Shown: positions 10,494 to 19,339, counted from the stretch's first letter. The stretch: DNA of 32,000 bases from Xylanibacter ruminicola 23 (GCF_000025925.1 NC_014033.1:510001-542000); one strand, 5' to 3'. The notes: a model not told the origin generated them from the letters alone. Numbers and translations are program-made.

Positions 10494-11654
10494 TTAATTA
10501 AAGTAATTCTTGAATTTCTGGAAGATCGAGTCGCGTGTCTGCTTGTCGCCCTTGAAATTGTCGCTGTCCTTGAACTGCTCAATGGCATGCTTCTCCTCCT
10601 TACTCAAGGTCTTAGGCACGTAAACGCTGATGTTAACCACCAGGTCGCCACGACCGCTACCATAGCCCTGAACCACGGGCAATCCCTTACCGCGCAGACG
10701 CAAGGTCTTACCAGGCTGGGTTCCATTCTCGAGTTTTACCTTGAGCTTGGTTCCCTCGATGGTAGGAATCTCAATCTCGCCTCCAAGTGCAGCTGTTGGG
10801 AAATCGAGCAACAGGTTGTAAATCAAATCGTTACCATCACGTATAAATGTCTCGTGTGGCTCCTCGGCGATAAACACCTGTATGTCGCCCGATGTACCGT
10901 TGTGCTTGCCGGCATTACCCTTGCCAGGCACGTTTACAACCATACCCTCGGCTACGCCAGCTGGGATGTTAATCTCTACAACCTCTTCGCCCTTCTCAAC
11001 GCCTGTGCCGCCGCAGTGCTTACACTTGTTCTTAATTACCATGCCTTCGCCACCGCAAGTGGGGCAAACGCTCTGCTGCTGCATCATACCGAAGATGCTC
11101 TGGGTGGTATGAGTGATGTAACCCTGACCGTGACAGGTGGGGCACTGCTCCTTCTGACTGCCAGCCTCGGCACCAGTACCGCTACAATGTGGACAAGGGA
11201 TATCCTTGCGAACCTTGAACTTCTTGGTAACACCAGTATTAATCTCCTCGAGTGTAAGTTTCACCTTCAGGCGCAGGTCGCTGCCGCGATGCTGCTGTGG
11301 GCGACGCTGTCCACCGCCAAAGCCACCAAAGCCGTGACCGCCGAAGATATCGCCGAACATCGAGAAGATATCGTCCATGTTCATATTGGTCTCGAAGCCA
11401 CTGAAACCGCCGAATCCGCCGCCCATGTTAGGTCCGTCGAATCCGAACTGGTCGTACTGCTGACGTGTCTTTGGGTCGTGCAGCACATTGTATGCCTCGG
11501 CCGCCTCCTTAAATTTCTCCTCGGCTTCCTTGTCGCCAGGATTACGGTCGGGGTGGTACTTAATGGCTATCTTACGATACGCTTTCTTAATTTCGTCTTC
11601 TGTGGCGTCTTTTTGCACGCCCAGCACCTCGTAATAATCTCGTTTCTGTGCCAT
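10494..11654 (-). CDS. dnaJ: Molecular chaperone DnaJ
   Basis: 386 aa. J-domain with HPD ([10 protein letters not shown]), a G/F-rich linker, and four CxxCxGxG zinc motifs ([32 protein letters not shown]). Confidence 0.97.
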   Translation of the reverse strand: MAQKRDYYEVLGVQKDATEDEIKKAYRKIAIKYHPDRNPGDKEAEEKFKEAAEAYNVLHDPKTRQQYDQFGFDGPNMGGGFGGFSGFETNMNMDDIFSMFGDIFGGHGFGGFGGGQRRPQQHRGSDLRLKVKLTLEEINTGVTKKFKVRKDIPCPHCSGTGAEAGSQKEQCPTCHGQGYITHTTQSIFGMMQQQSVCPTCGGEGMVIKNKCKHCGGTGVEKGEEVVEINIPAGVAEGMVVNVPGKGNAGKHNGTSGDIQVFIAEEPHETFIRDGNDLIYNLLLDFPTAALGGEIEIPTIEGTKLKVKLENGTQPGKTLRLRGKGLPVVQGYGSGRGDLVVNISVYVPKTLSKEEKHAIEQFKDSDNFKGDKQTRDSIFQKFKNYFN

Positions 11655-11656
11655 TT

Positions 11657-11691
11657 AATTGTCAATTATCAATTATCAATTGTCAATTTTC
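11657..11691. repeat. Tandem heptamer array AATTGTC AATTATC AATTATC AATTGTC AATTTTC (5 units)
   Basis: Read directly. Occupies essentially the whole grpE-stop to dnaJ-start spacer (11655-11689). Confidence 0.9.
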
Positions 11692-12280
11692 ACTGTCCAA
11701 CTGCCACTTTGGCGTGGCGGATTACTTTGTCGTTCAGTTTATATCCCTCCTGCAGGCAGTCGATAACCTTACCTTTCTTGTCGTCGCCCATACCAGGAAC
11801 CATCGCTACGGCCTCGTGCAGGTCGGTGTCAAAGTCGGCATCCTTGGTCTCAATCTTGCTTACGCCCTGACCTTCGAGAGTCTTTACGAACTTGTTGTAA
11901 ATCAGTTCCACACCCTCGCGCAGTACCTGTGGGTCGTCGGTCTTGGCGCCATTGGCAATGGCACGCTCCATATCATCGAGTACAGGCAGAATGGCCGAGA
12001 TAACCTTCTCGCCACCGTTCAGAATCAGCTCGGCACGCTCTTTCAGTGTGCGCTTGCGGTAATTCTCAAATTCGGCAGCCTTGTAGAGCAACTGAGTCTT
12101 CAGCTCCTCTATTTCCTGCTGGGCTTTTGTCAGAGGGTCAACCTCTTCTTCTTCCTTAGCAGCCTCGTCGGCAGCAGCCTCCTGATTCTCGGTTGCCTCT
12201 GCTGTCTCTTTTTCAGTGTCTTCAACGGGAGCCTCGTTCAGGTTCTCCTCGTTTTCGATGTTGATATCTTTTTCTGTCAT
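11690..12280 (-). CDS. grpE: Nucleotide exchange factor GrpE
   Basis: 196 aa. Acidic N-terminus, coiled-coil region, and GrpE C-terminal pattern (HEAVAMVP...VIRHAKVAV). Directly upstream of dnaJ. Confidence 0.93.
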   Translation of the reverse strand: MTEKDINIENEENLNEAPVEDTEKETAEATENQEAAADEAAKEEEEVDPLTKAQQEIEELKTQLLYKAAEFENYRKRTLKERAELILNGGEKVISAILPVLDDMERAIANGAKTDDPQVLREGVELIYNKFVKTLEGQGVSKIETKDADFDTDLHEAVAMVPGMGDDKKGKVIDCLQEGYKLNDKVIRHAKVAVGQ

Positions 12281-12329
12281 AATAGCGTTGTTTAAAGTTT
12301 CTGCTTGTCGTATTGCAAAAACCGTGCCT

Positions 12330-12362
12330 AATTATCAATTATCAATTATCAACTGTCAATTT

Positions 12363-12364
<2 letters not shown>
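12330..12364. repeat. Tandem heptamer array AATTATC AATTATC AATTATC AACTGTC AATTTTT (5 units)
   Basis: Read directly. Abuts and overlaps the ABC-F stop codon (12363-12365), upstream of grpE. Confidence 0.9.
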
Positions 12365-13979
<1,615 letters not shown>

Positions 13980-14011
13980 CTACTAATCTTCCTATTATAT
14001 TATTTGGGCGG

Positions 14012-14019
14012 CAAAGTTA
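14012..14019 (-). promoter_or_regulatory. Candidate -7 box (TAACTTTG on minus strand) for the ABC-F gene
   Basis: Matches the Bacteroides TAnnTTTG motif 36 nt upstream of the ATG. Only an imperfect -33 (TTGG) is present at 19-nt spacing. Confidence 0.3.
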
Positions 14020-14078
14020 TAAAAAAAATCTCGAAATACCAAGAAACAATAAAAAAATCGGTATTATTTGCGTTTTTA

Positions 14079-14110
14079 TTTGGCTCTTTCAAAAATTCAT
14101 AGTACTTTTG
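14079..14110 (+). promoter_or_regulatory. Bacteroidota-type promoter: -33 TTTG (14079-14082), 20-nt spacer, -7 TACTTTTG (14103-14110)
   Basis: Exact match to the TTTG / TAnnTTTG consensus with spacing in the expected 19-21 nt range. Faces the polysaccharide locus. Confidence 0.55.
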
Positions 14111-14116
14111 TGCCCA

Positions 14117-14427
14117 AGTTCGCGCCGCAGACGTCCCTGAGAGGACGGTTAGGTGTGGGCAACGATTTATTGGAACAGCGTCATACAACGCCTTGTTTTT
14201 GGTGACTCGAACGTAGGAAATTCGAATACCCATAATCAGAAACATCGCAGAGTTGATGCTACGGGTGTGGTATAACTATCCCCGTTAGTGTGCAGAGGTC
14301 TTATCAGCCTCGAGCACACTTTACGAGTGCATTATATACCTCGGCGTGAGCGTCATTCTGTCTGTCTATTATGGAGGTTTCCTACGACCTGAGTTACAGA
14401 TGGGCAGAAAGAGTTCACGCTTTTTTT
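14117..14427 (+). ncRNA. Candidate structured 5' leader (or independent ~310-nt sRNA) upstream of the upxY-like gene
   Basis: Consecutive hairpins at 14132-14147, 14178-14191, 14207-14225, 14261-14285 and 14287-14320, then a terminal long hairpin plus T7. No convincing coding potential. The 5' end is inferred only from the promoter position. Confidence 0.4.
14344..14427 (+). terminator. Candidate intrinsic terminator/attenuator (long imperfect hairpin + T7)
   Basis: GCGTGAGC (14344-14351) pairs with GTTCACGC (14413-14420). CTGTCTGTCT (14358-14367) pairs with AGATGGGCAG (14398-14407), including G-U pairs. T7 at 14421-14427 follows immediately. Lies 45 nt upstream of the upxY-like ATG. Confidence 0.5.
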
Positions 14428-14471
14428 GTGTTTTGCTGATTCCTGATGCTTCTGGTTTTGTGCCAGATTTT

Positions 14472-15224
14472 ATGAGTATGAAAAAAGACTCGTCAGTAAT
14501 TGAAAACCGTGTCGAGACCCTAATTGCAAAAGAGGGGTCTTGCGGCGGAGCCATAAAGAAAAATACGGGTGTAATTCGTCGCCTTCGCAGCACTAAAGAT
14601 GGTCGAGTTCGCCTCACGGTTACGGCAGCCAACGCTGAAAAACCTTTCGATCCTACCGCTTGGTATGTGGCTGAGGTGAAACGTTACTCAGAGCTGAAGT
14701 GCCGTGATATGCTCAATGCGCCAGGCAAGTTCGCCTTTCCAGTCGAGGCTTATGCTGCCACACAGGCCTTGTTGCTTCGAAGAATAGCTGCTACCGAAGA
14801 ACTTAAAGCTGTAAAAGAAAAGTTGATTATACACGGCAAGGTTTTTATTCGTGTTGCCGACAAATCCCATCGTGTCGATTTGTTAAAGGGCTGTCCTTAT
14901 CTCAAGTGTTTTGTTAAAGATGCCTCACTTAATCGTACGGTTAACGATTTTACCGATTTTGCCCGTGTACCCGATTTGCAGATTCAGCAGCTTCGTCAGC
15001 TATTATCATTGGCCGATGGACCTGTAGAGTATTGTGACGTGGTGCCTCAGCTACACGATAAGGTGAAAATTATCGGCGGACAACTGTCTAAGGGTAAGCT
15101 ATTCAAGGATGTAAAAGGCGAGGTGACCATGACCTCAGGTCGTAAATACGCCACCGTCATTCTCGATGGCATCGGCTGTTTCAAGCTCCGCCTCCCCGCC
15201 AGCCATCTCGCCAAATATAAATAG
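14472..15224 (+). CDS. UpxY-family (NusG/RfaH-like) transcription antiterminator with N-terminal extension
   Basis: NGN-like WYVAEVKRYSELKCRDML...EAYAATQ...IIHGKVFIRV and KOW-like DKVKIIGGQLSKGKLFKDVKGEVT. First gene of a polysaccharide locus. Start placed at the first ATG (14472; alternative 14478), because the track's GTG at 14346 would read through the terminator hairpin. Confidence 0.75.
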   Translation: MSMKKDSSVIENRVETLIAKEGSCGGAIKKNTGVIRRLRSTKDGRVRLTVTAANAEKPFDPTAWYVAEVKRYSELKCRDMLNAPGKFAFPVEAYAATQALLLRRIAATEELKAVKEKLIIHGKVFIRVADKSHRVDLLKGCPYLKCFVKDASLNRTVNDFTDFARVPDLQIQQLRQLLSLADGPVEYCDVVPQLHDKVKIIGGQLSKGKLFKDVKGEVTMTSGRKYATVILDGIGCFKLRLPASHLAKYK

Positions 15225-15238
15225 TCATTTTTCTAAGT

Positions 15239-15832
15239 ATGACTTACGACTACATAAAGCCTTTTCCCAAGTGTCATGCTGGCGATGCAATTACTGTCAG
15301 TTATAATGCCCCTTGCGACATTGCTCTTATTACCGAGCGCGACTATCAGTTGACTGTGAATCGTGATGACGACAGTTTCTTGTTGCGAGTCAGTGCTGAT
15401 GAGATAGACGAGTGCCATGCGTCGCTTGTGGTTCCCTTCGATGGCGATTGGCGTATGGTGGTTTTCTTGTATGATGAGATGGGTGAGTGTCGCTTTGAGA
15501 TAACCTATAAGTATCAGCCAGTAGATATTCTGCAGTACAATGCCACTCATACCGACAGTAAGATTGTTTGTAAACAAGTTGGCACCCCAGCTCCTTGCAG
15601 TCTTCAGGAGTGGAAACGTCAGACGGGTAATACCTTTAGTGGTAATTTGTCCTGTTGCTGTAGTTGCTTTCGAATGGTTCCACTAACAGAATTCGAGTGT
15701 GTCAAGGTTTCTGTTACCTCAGAAATGGGGGCTACAGCCTATTGTGCAACTCCCATCTGCCATCACTGCGCCACCAGTTCGGATTCCATCCATTTTCAGG
15801 TTCCAACTTCCAGCCTTTCTCCATGCAAATAA
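15239..15832 (+). CDS. Cysteine-rich hypothetical protein in the position usually held by UpxZ
   Basis: 197 aa with 15 Cys, 10 of them in the C-terminal half (C111, C120, CCCSC 139-143, C154, C169, CHHC 174-177, C196). ATG lies 14 nt after the upxY-like stop. No family recognised with certainty. Confidence 0.6.
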   Translation: MTYDYIKPFPKCHAGDAITVSYNAPCDIALITERDYQLTVNRDDDSFLLRVSADEIDECHASLVVPFDGDWRMVVFLYDEMGECRFEITYKYQPVDILQYNATHTDSKIVCKQVGTPAPCSLQEWKRQTGNTFSGNLSCCCSCFRMVPLTEFECVKVSVTSEMGATAYCATPICHHCATSSDSIHFQVPTSSLSPCK

Positions 15833-15850
15833 ATAACCCCTAAAATACCG

Positions 15851-15906
15851 TCAATTAATTCAAAACCCTTAATGAATTAATTCATTTCCCCTTTTGAATT
15901 AATTCA
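15851..15906. repeat. Three 12-bp palindromic boxes (TCAATTAATTCA, TGAATTAATTCA, TGAATTAATTCA) at exact 22-bp phasing
   Basis: Boxes start at 15851, 15873 and 15895. The core GAATTAATTC is self-complementary, and copy 2 extends to the 14-bp palindrome ATGAATTAATTCAT. Confidence 0.85.
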
Positions 15907-16020
15907 CCGCATTTCGAGGCCTAAAGATTTACGATGAAAAATCAAATTGATTTTGAGGCAAAACTAACTTGGTTATGATTGCTAATCAACTTGTTTTTCG
16001 ATGAAAACCAATAAGGAAAA

Positions 16021-16117
16021 TATCCCTATCCCTTACACCCCTCTTACTATAGCCCCACCTCTCTTTAGAGAGAGGGTGGGGACTATATAGAGAGGGGGTT
16101 AAGAAGGGATGAGGATA
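16021..16117. repeat. Long imperfect palindrome (REP-like extragenic element)
   Basis: Core CCCCACCTCTCT (16053-16064), loop TTAG, AGAGAGGGTGGGG (16069-16081). The outer arms TATCCCTATCCCTTACACCCCTCTTACTATAG and CTATATAGAGAGGGGGTTAAGAAGGGATGAGGATA are imperfectly complementary. Confidence 0.7.
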
Positions 16118-16181
16118 TTGCTTCTGAAAGCCCGATGCTGAGAAAGATTCGCAGGTATGAAGTGATGTTGTCTTGTTGAAT

Positions 16182-16216
16182 TTTGAATTTGTCATATCTT
16201 TTGGTTTCTAATTTTG
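16182..16216 (+). promoter_or_regulatory. Candidate internal promoter: -7 TAATTTTG (16209-16216) with TTTG at 16182-16185 or 16188-16191
   Basis: The -7 box matches TAnnTTTG exactly. The -33 spacing is 23 or 17 nt, both outside the usual 19-21 nt, so this is weak. Confidence 0.3.
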
Positions 16217-16278
16217 TAATTTCGTTACTGTTTATATCAACCTCGCAAAGGTACAAATAAGTAATGAGCCAACAAAAT

Positions 16279-16300
16279 ATCTGTCCCCACGGGGACAGAT
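16279..16300 (+). promoter_or_regulatory. Perfect inverted repeat ATCTGTCCCC-AC-GGGGACAGAT in the manC 5' region
   Basis: 10-nt arms read directly from the sequence. Lies 46 nt upstream of the manC ATG and is followed by an AT-rich stretch. Could be an RNA hairpin or a dimer-binding site. Confidence 0.6.
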
Positions 16301-16345
16301 TAAATATTATTTAACGAATACGTCAATAAAAAATAATTATACAAT

Positions 16346-17374
16346 ATGGCAAATCACATAGTGATAATGGCGGGCGGCGTTGGTAGTCGCTTTTGGCCTT
16401 TGAGTACACCAGAGCTGCCCAAGCAGTTTATTGATATACTTGGTTGTGGTCGCACCCTTATTCAATTAACGGTTGACCGATTCCAAGGCATCTGCCCTAT
16501 GCAGAACTTCTGGGTGGTAACAAATGCCAAATACGTTGATATCGTTAAACAGCAACTGCCCGATATTCCTGCTGATCATATTTTGGCAGAGCCGGCAGCT
16601 CGTAATACCGCCCCTTGCATTGCGTGGGCTTGTTGGAGCATTAAACAGGTAGATCCTACTGCTAATGTGGTTGTAACCCCAGCCGATGCAGTGGTAATGA
16701 ATCCTGAAGAGTTCCGACGTGTAATAACAAATGCTTTGACATTCACAGCCAAGAAGAATGCCATCGTAACTATCGGCATCAAGCCCTCACGTCCCGAAAC
16801 AGGCTATGGCTATGTTGAAACTTCTGCGGCCGTTGACAACGAAATCTGTGTTGTGAATGCTTTTAAAGAAAAGCCAGACCATGATACAGCCGAGAAATAT
16901 TTGCAGGCAGGCAATTATCTTTGGAATGCAGGAATTTTTGTATGGAATATCGAAACCATTACCAATTGTATTACCAAATATAAGCCTAACATTGCTGCCG
17001 ACATGGAAGAAATTGCAACTACAGGCGATGTAGCAAACATATTTCCACAGTGCGAAAAGATCTCTATCGACTTTGCAGTAATGGAACCTGCTGCTGCCGA
17101 TGGCTTGGTTTATACCCATCCTGCAGATTTCGGCTGGAGCGATTTGGGTAACTGGGCATCATTACACGACAAGTTACAGAAGGATGAGAATAACAACGCA
17201 GCCGTTGGCAATGTAAAACTCTACGAATGTAATAACTGTGTAGTACATGCCGAAGATGCCAAGAAAGTGGTGCTCCAAGGACTTGATGGCTATATCTTCA
17301 GCGAGAAGAATGGACAGATACTCCTTTGCAAACGTAGTGAGGAACAAAGAATCAGAGAGTTTTCTGCAGAATAA
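16346..17374 (+). CDS. manC: Mannose-1-phosphate guanylyltransferase (short form, no isomerase domain)
   Basis: 342 aa. N-terminus IMAGGVGSRFWPLSTPELPKQF is the typical GMP NTP-transferase motif. Confidence 0.85.
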   Translation: MANHIVIMAGGVGSRFWPLSTPELPKQFIDILGCGRTLIQLTVDRFQGICPMQNFWVVTNAKYVDIVKQQLPDIPADHILAEPAARNTAPCIAWACWSIKQVDPTANVVVTPADAVVMNPEEFRRVITNALTFTAKKNAIVTIGIKPSRPETGYGYVETSAAVDNEICVVNAFKEKPDHDTAEKYLQAGNYLWNAGIFVWNIETITNCITKYKPNIAADMEEIATTGDVANIFPQCEKISIDFAVMEPAAADGLVYTHPADFGWSDLGNWASLHDKLQKDENNNAAVGNVKLYECNNCVVHAEDAKKVVLQGLDGYIFSEKNGQILLCKRSEEQRIREFSAE

Positions 17375-17445
17375 AATCGAATCCGGTAAAATATATAAGT
17401 TATGTCAAATGAGTGGAGCAAATAATTAATAAAATAAGTAGCAGA

Positions 17446-18255
17446 ATGAAAGTAGTATTATTAGCTGGTGGCTTTGGCTCGCGTATTAGCGAGGAATCGG
17501 TATTTAAGCCCAAACCAATGATAGAGATTGGTGGTATGCCTATCTTATGGCATATCATGAAAGAGTATGCTTGGTATGGGCATAATGAGTTTATCATATG
17601 TGCTGGATATAAACAGGAATATATAAAGGAGTGGTTCGCTAACTATTTCTTGCATAACTCTGATGTGAGTTTTGACTTTCGAGAGGGTAAAAATGAGATG
17701 ACCGTGCATCACAGTCATCTTGAGCCTTGGAAAGTGACTGTTGTTGATACAGGTTACAACACTATGACAGGTGGTCGTATCAAACGTGTGCAGGAATACG
17801 TTGGTAATGAAACCTTTATGATGACTTACGGTGATGGCGTTTGTGATGTGGATATCAATAAGCTCGTAGAGTTCCACAAGAGCCATCGCAAAAAAGCGAC
17901 ACTCACTGCCGTTAAAATGAAGCAGGACAAGGGAGTACTTGATATTACCAAGGACATGAACGTGCGTGCTTTCCGTGAGAAGAATTCTATGGATGGCGCA
18001 CCTATCAACGCTGGTTATATGGTGTTGGAACCTTCTGTGTTTGATTACATTGACGGCGATTCACAGCCATTTGAGCGTGAACCGCTGGAGCGTCTTGCCA
18101 AGGAAGGCGAGTTGATGTCCTATATCCACGAAGGGTTCTGGCAGTGTATGGATAATATTCGGGAGAAGAACCTGCTTGAAGGCCTGCTTGCAAATGGTAC
18201 AGCACCTTGGAAAAAGTGGGAAAGAGAAGTTCCTATTGATAAAGTAAATAAGTAA
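17446..18255 (+). CDS. rfbF: Glucose-1-phosphate cytidylyltransferase
   Basis: MKVVLLAGGFGSRISEES...KPKPMIEIGGMPILWHIMK is the RfbF/DdhA pattern. Start moved to ATG 17446 because the track start at 17413 is a GTG. Confidence 0.85.
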   Translation: MKVVLLAGGFGSRISEESVFKPKPMIEIGGMPILWHIMKEYAWYGHNEFIICAGYKQEYIKEWFANYFLHNSDVSFDFREGKNEMTVHHSHLEPWKVTVVDTGYNTMTGGRIKRVQEYVGNETFMMTYGDGVCDVDINKLVEFHKSHRKKATLTAVKMKQDKGVLDITKDMNVRAFREKNSMDGAPINAGYMVLEPSVFDYIDGDSQPFEREPLERLAKEGELMSYIHEGFWQCMDNIREKNLLEGLLANGTAPWKKWEREVPIDKVNK

Positions 18256-18262
18256 AAACGAC

Positions 18263-19339
18263 ATGGCAACATTACTGGAAGATTTCTATCGTGGAAAGCG
18301 AGTCTTTGTAACTGGCCACACGGGATTCAAGGGAAGTTGGTTGTGCAAGATGCTGGCAAATGCTGGTGCTATTGTAACTGGCTATTCCCTAGCGCCAAAT
18401 ACAAAACCTTCATTGTTTGAGATTGCAGAACTGGAGAAGGACATCCATTCTGTGATAGGTGATATCCGTGATTATGCGGTTCTGAAGAAGGCCTTTGATA
18501 AAGCACAGCCTGAGATAGTGCTGCATTTGGCTGCACAACCAATTGTACGTGAAAGCTACAAAGATCCTGCATACACCTACGAGACCAACGTGATGGGTAC
18601 GGTAAACATCTTAGAGTGTGTTCGCAACAGCAATTGCGTAAAATCCTTCCTGAATGTTACTACTGATAAGGTATATCTGAACAAAGAATGGGAATGGGGT
18701 TATCGTGAGAATGAGGAACTGGATGGCTATGACCCATATAGCAATTCTAAGTCTTGTTCAGAATTGGTAACTCATAGCTACAAGCGAAGCTTCTTTACGG
18801 ATAAGGATGGTAAAGCTATTATCCCCATCTCAACAGCCCGTGCTGGTAATGTGATTGGTGGCGGTGATTTCGCTAACGACCGTATCATACCTGACAGTGT
18901 GCGTGCTGCTCAGAAGGGTGAAGATATTTTGGTTCGTAATCCTTATTCTACACGTCCTTATCAGCATGTACTGGAACCATTGTATGCTTACCTGATGATT
19001 GCTGCCAAACAGTATGAAGACTGCAAGTATGCAGACTATTATAATGTGGGCCCTGATGATGTGGATTGCTTCCAGACAGGTGCTTTGGTTGAACTCTTTG
19101 TGTCTAAATGGGGTGAAGGCTTAAAGTGGACCAATAAGTATGATGGTGGCCCTCATGAGGCCAATTTCTTGAAACTTGATTGTTCCAAACTGAAATCCAC
19201 CTTTGGTTGGACTCCTCGTTGGAACCTTGGTGAAGCAATGGATAAGATTGTGGAGTGGAGTAAATGTTGGCTGGCAGGTAGCGATGTTCGCGCCTGCATG
19301 GATAAGCAGATTGATGAATTCTTAAGTGGAATGAAATGA
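18263..19339 (+). CDS. rfbG: CDP-glucose 4,6-dehydratase
   Basis: 358 aa extended SDR (VTGHTGFKGSWL, YSNSKSC). Directly follows rfbF. Confidence 0.85.
   Translation: MATLLEDFYRGKRVFVTGHTGFKGSWLCKMLANAGAIVTGYSLAPNTKPSLFEIAELEKDIHSVIGDIRDYAVLKKAFDKAQPEIVLHLAAQPIVRESYKDPAYTYETNVMGTVNILECVRNSNCVKSFLNVTTDKVYLNKEWEWGYRENEELDGYDPYSNSKSCSELVTHSYKRSFFTDKDGKAIIPISTARAGNVIGGGDFANDRIIPDSVRAAQKGEDILVRNPYSTRPYQHVLEPLYAYLMIAAKQYEDCKYADYYNVGPDDVDCFQTGALVELFVSKWGEGLKWTNKYDGGPHEANFLKLDCSKLKSTFGWTPRWNLGEAMDKIVEWSKCWLAGSDVRACMDKQIDEFLSGMK

Noticed and set aside
10587-11870. 427-aa plus-strand ORF, together with other long plus-strand ORFs at 211-576, 2802-3437, 4221-4796, 9435-9995 and 11648-12295.
   Set aside because: All are antisense shadows of well-supported minus-strand genes (dnaJ/grpE, araA, symporter, mutarotase, folC). 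Their translations are low-complexity with no recognisable motifs. The heptamer arrays lack stops on the plus strand, which artificially extends them.
14212-14386. The 9-bp inverted repeat CGTAGGAAA / TTTCCTACG as the boundary of a B. fragilis-style invertible promoter.
   Set aside because: The enclosed ~160 bp contains no TTTG/TAnnTTTG box on either strand, and the consensus promoter lies outside it at 14079-14110. The match to the ARACGTWCGT inversion-site consensus is only partial, and no recombinase gene is nearby. RNA pairing is the more economical reading.
14117-14427. Possibility that the structured region is RNase P RNA, tmRNA, SRP RNA or a tRNA.
   Set aside because: No GAGGAAAGTCC or ACAGAA..GGCTTA P4 strands are present. 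There is no GGGG...CCACCA frame or tag ORF, and no SRP GGAA/AGCA domain IV motif. The TTCGA-containing segments do not have flanking T-arm complementarity. The RNA remains unclassified, not known.
14346-14471. ORF-track start (GTG 14346) that gives a 292-aa UpxY-like protein.
   Set aside because: The extra 42 codons run through the terminator hairpin and the T7 tract and encode low-complexity sequence. The first ATGs are at 14472 and 14478.
14000-14632. Minus-strand ORFs 14000-14245 (81 aa) and 14369-14632 (87 aa).
   Set aside because: They overlap the promoter/leader and the upxY-like gene in antisense. They have no motifs and arginine/proline-rich shadow composition.
15986-16195. 69-aa minus-strand ORF in the capsule-locus spacer, plus tiny plus-strand ORFs starting at 15934 and about 16001.
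   Set aside because: The ORF is generated by reading through the long palindrome (PHPLSKERWGY...). There is no start context or conservation argument.
17413-17445. Upstream alternative starts from the ORF track for rfbF (GTG 17413), for the cytidylyltransferase (29569) and for the HP-motif transferase (GTG 30240).
   Set aside because: In each case an in-frame ATG immediately precedes the conserved N-terminal motif (MKVVLLAGG, MKTVAFVPIR, MKHLFF). It also removes or minimises overlap with the upstream gene.
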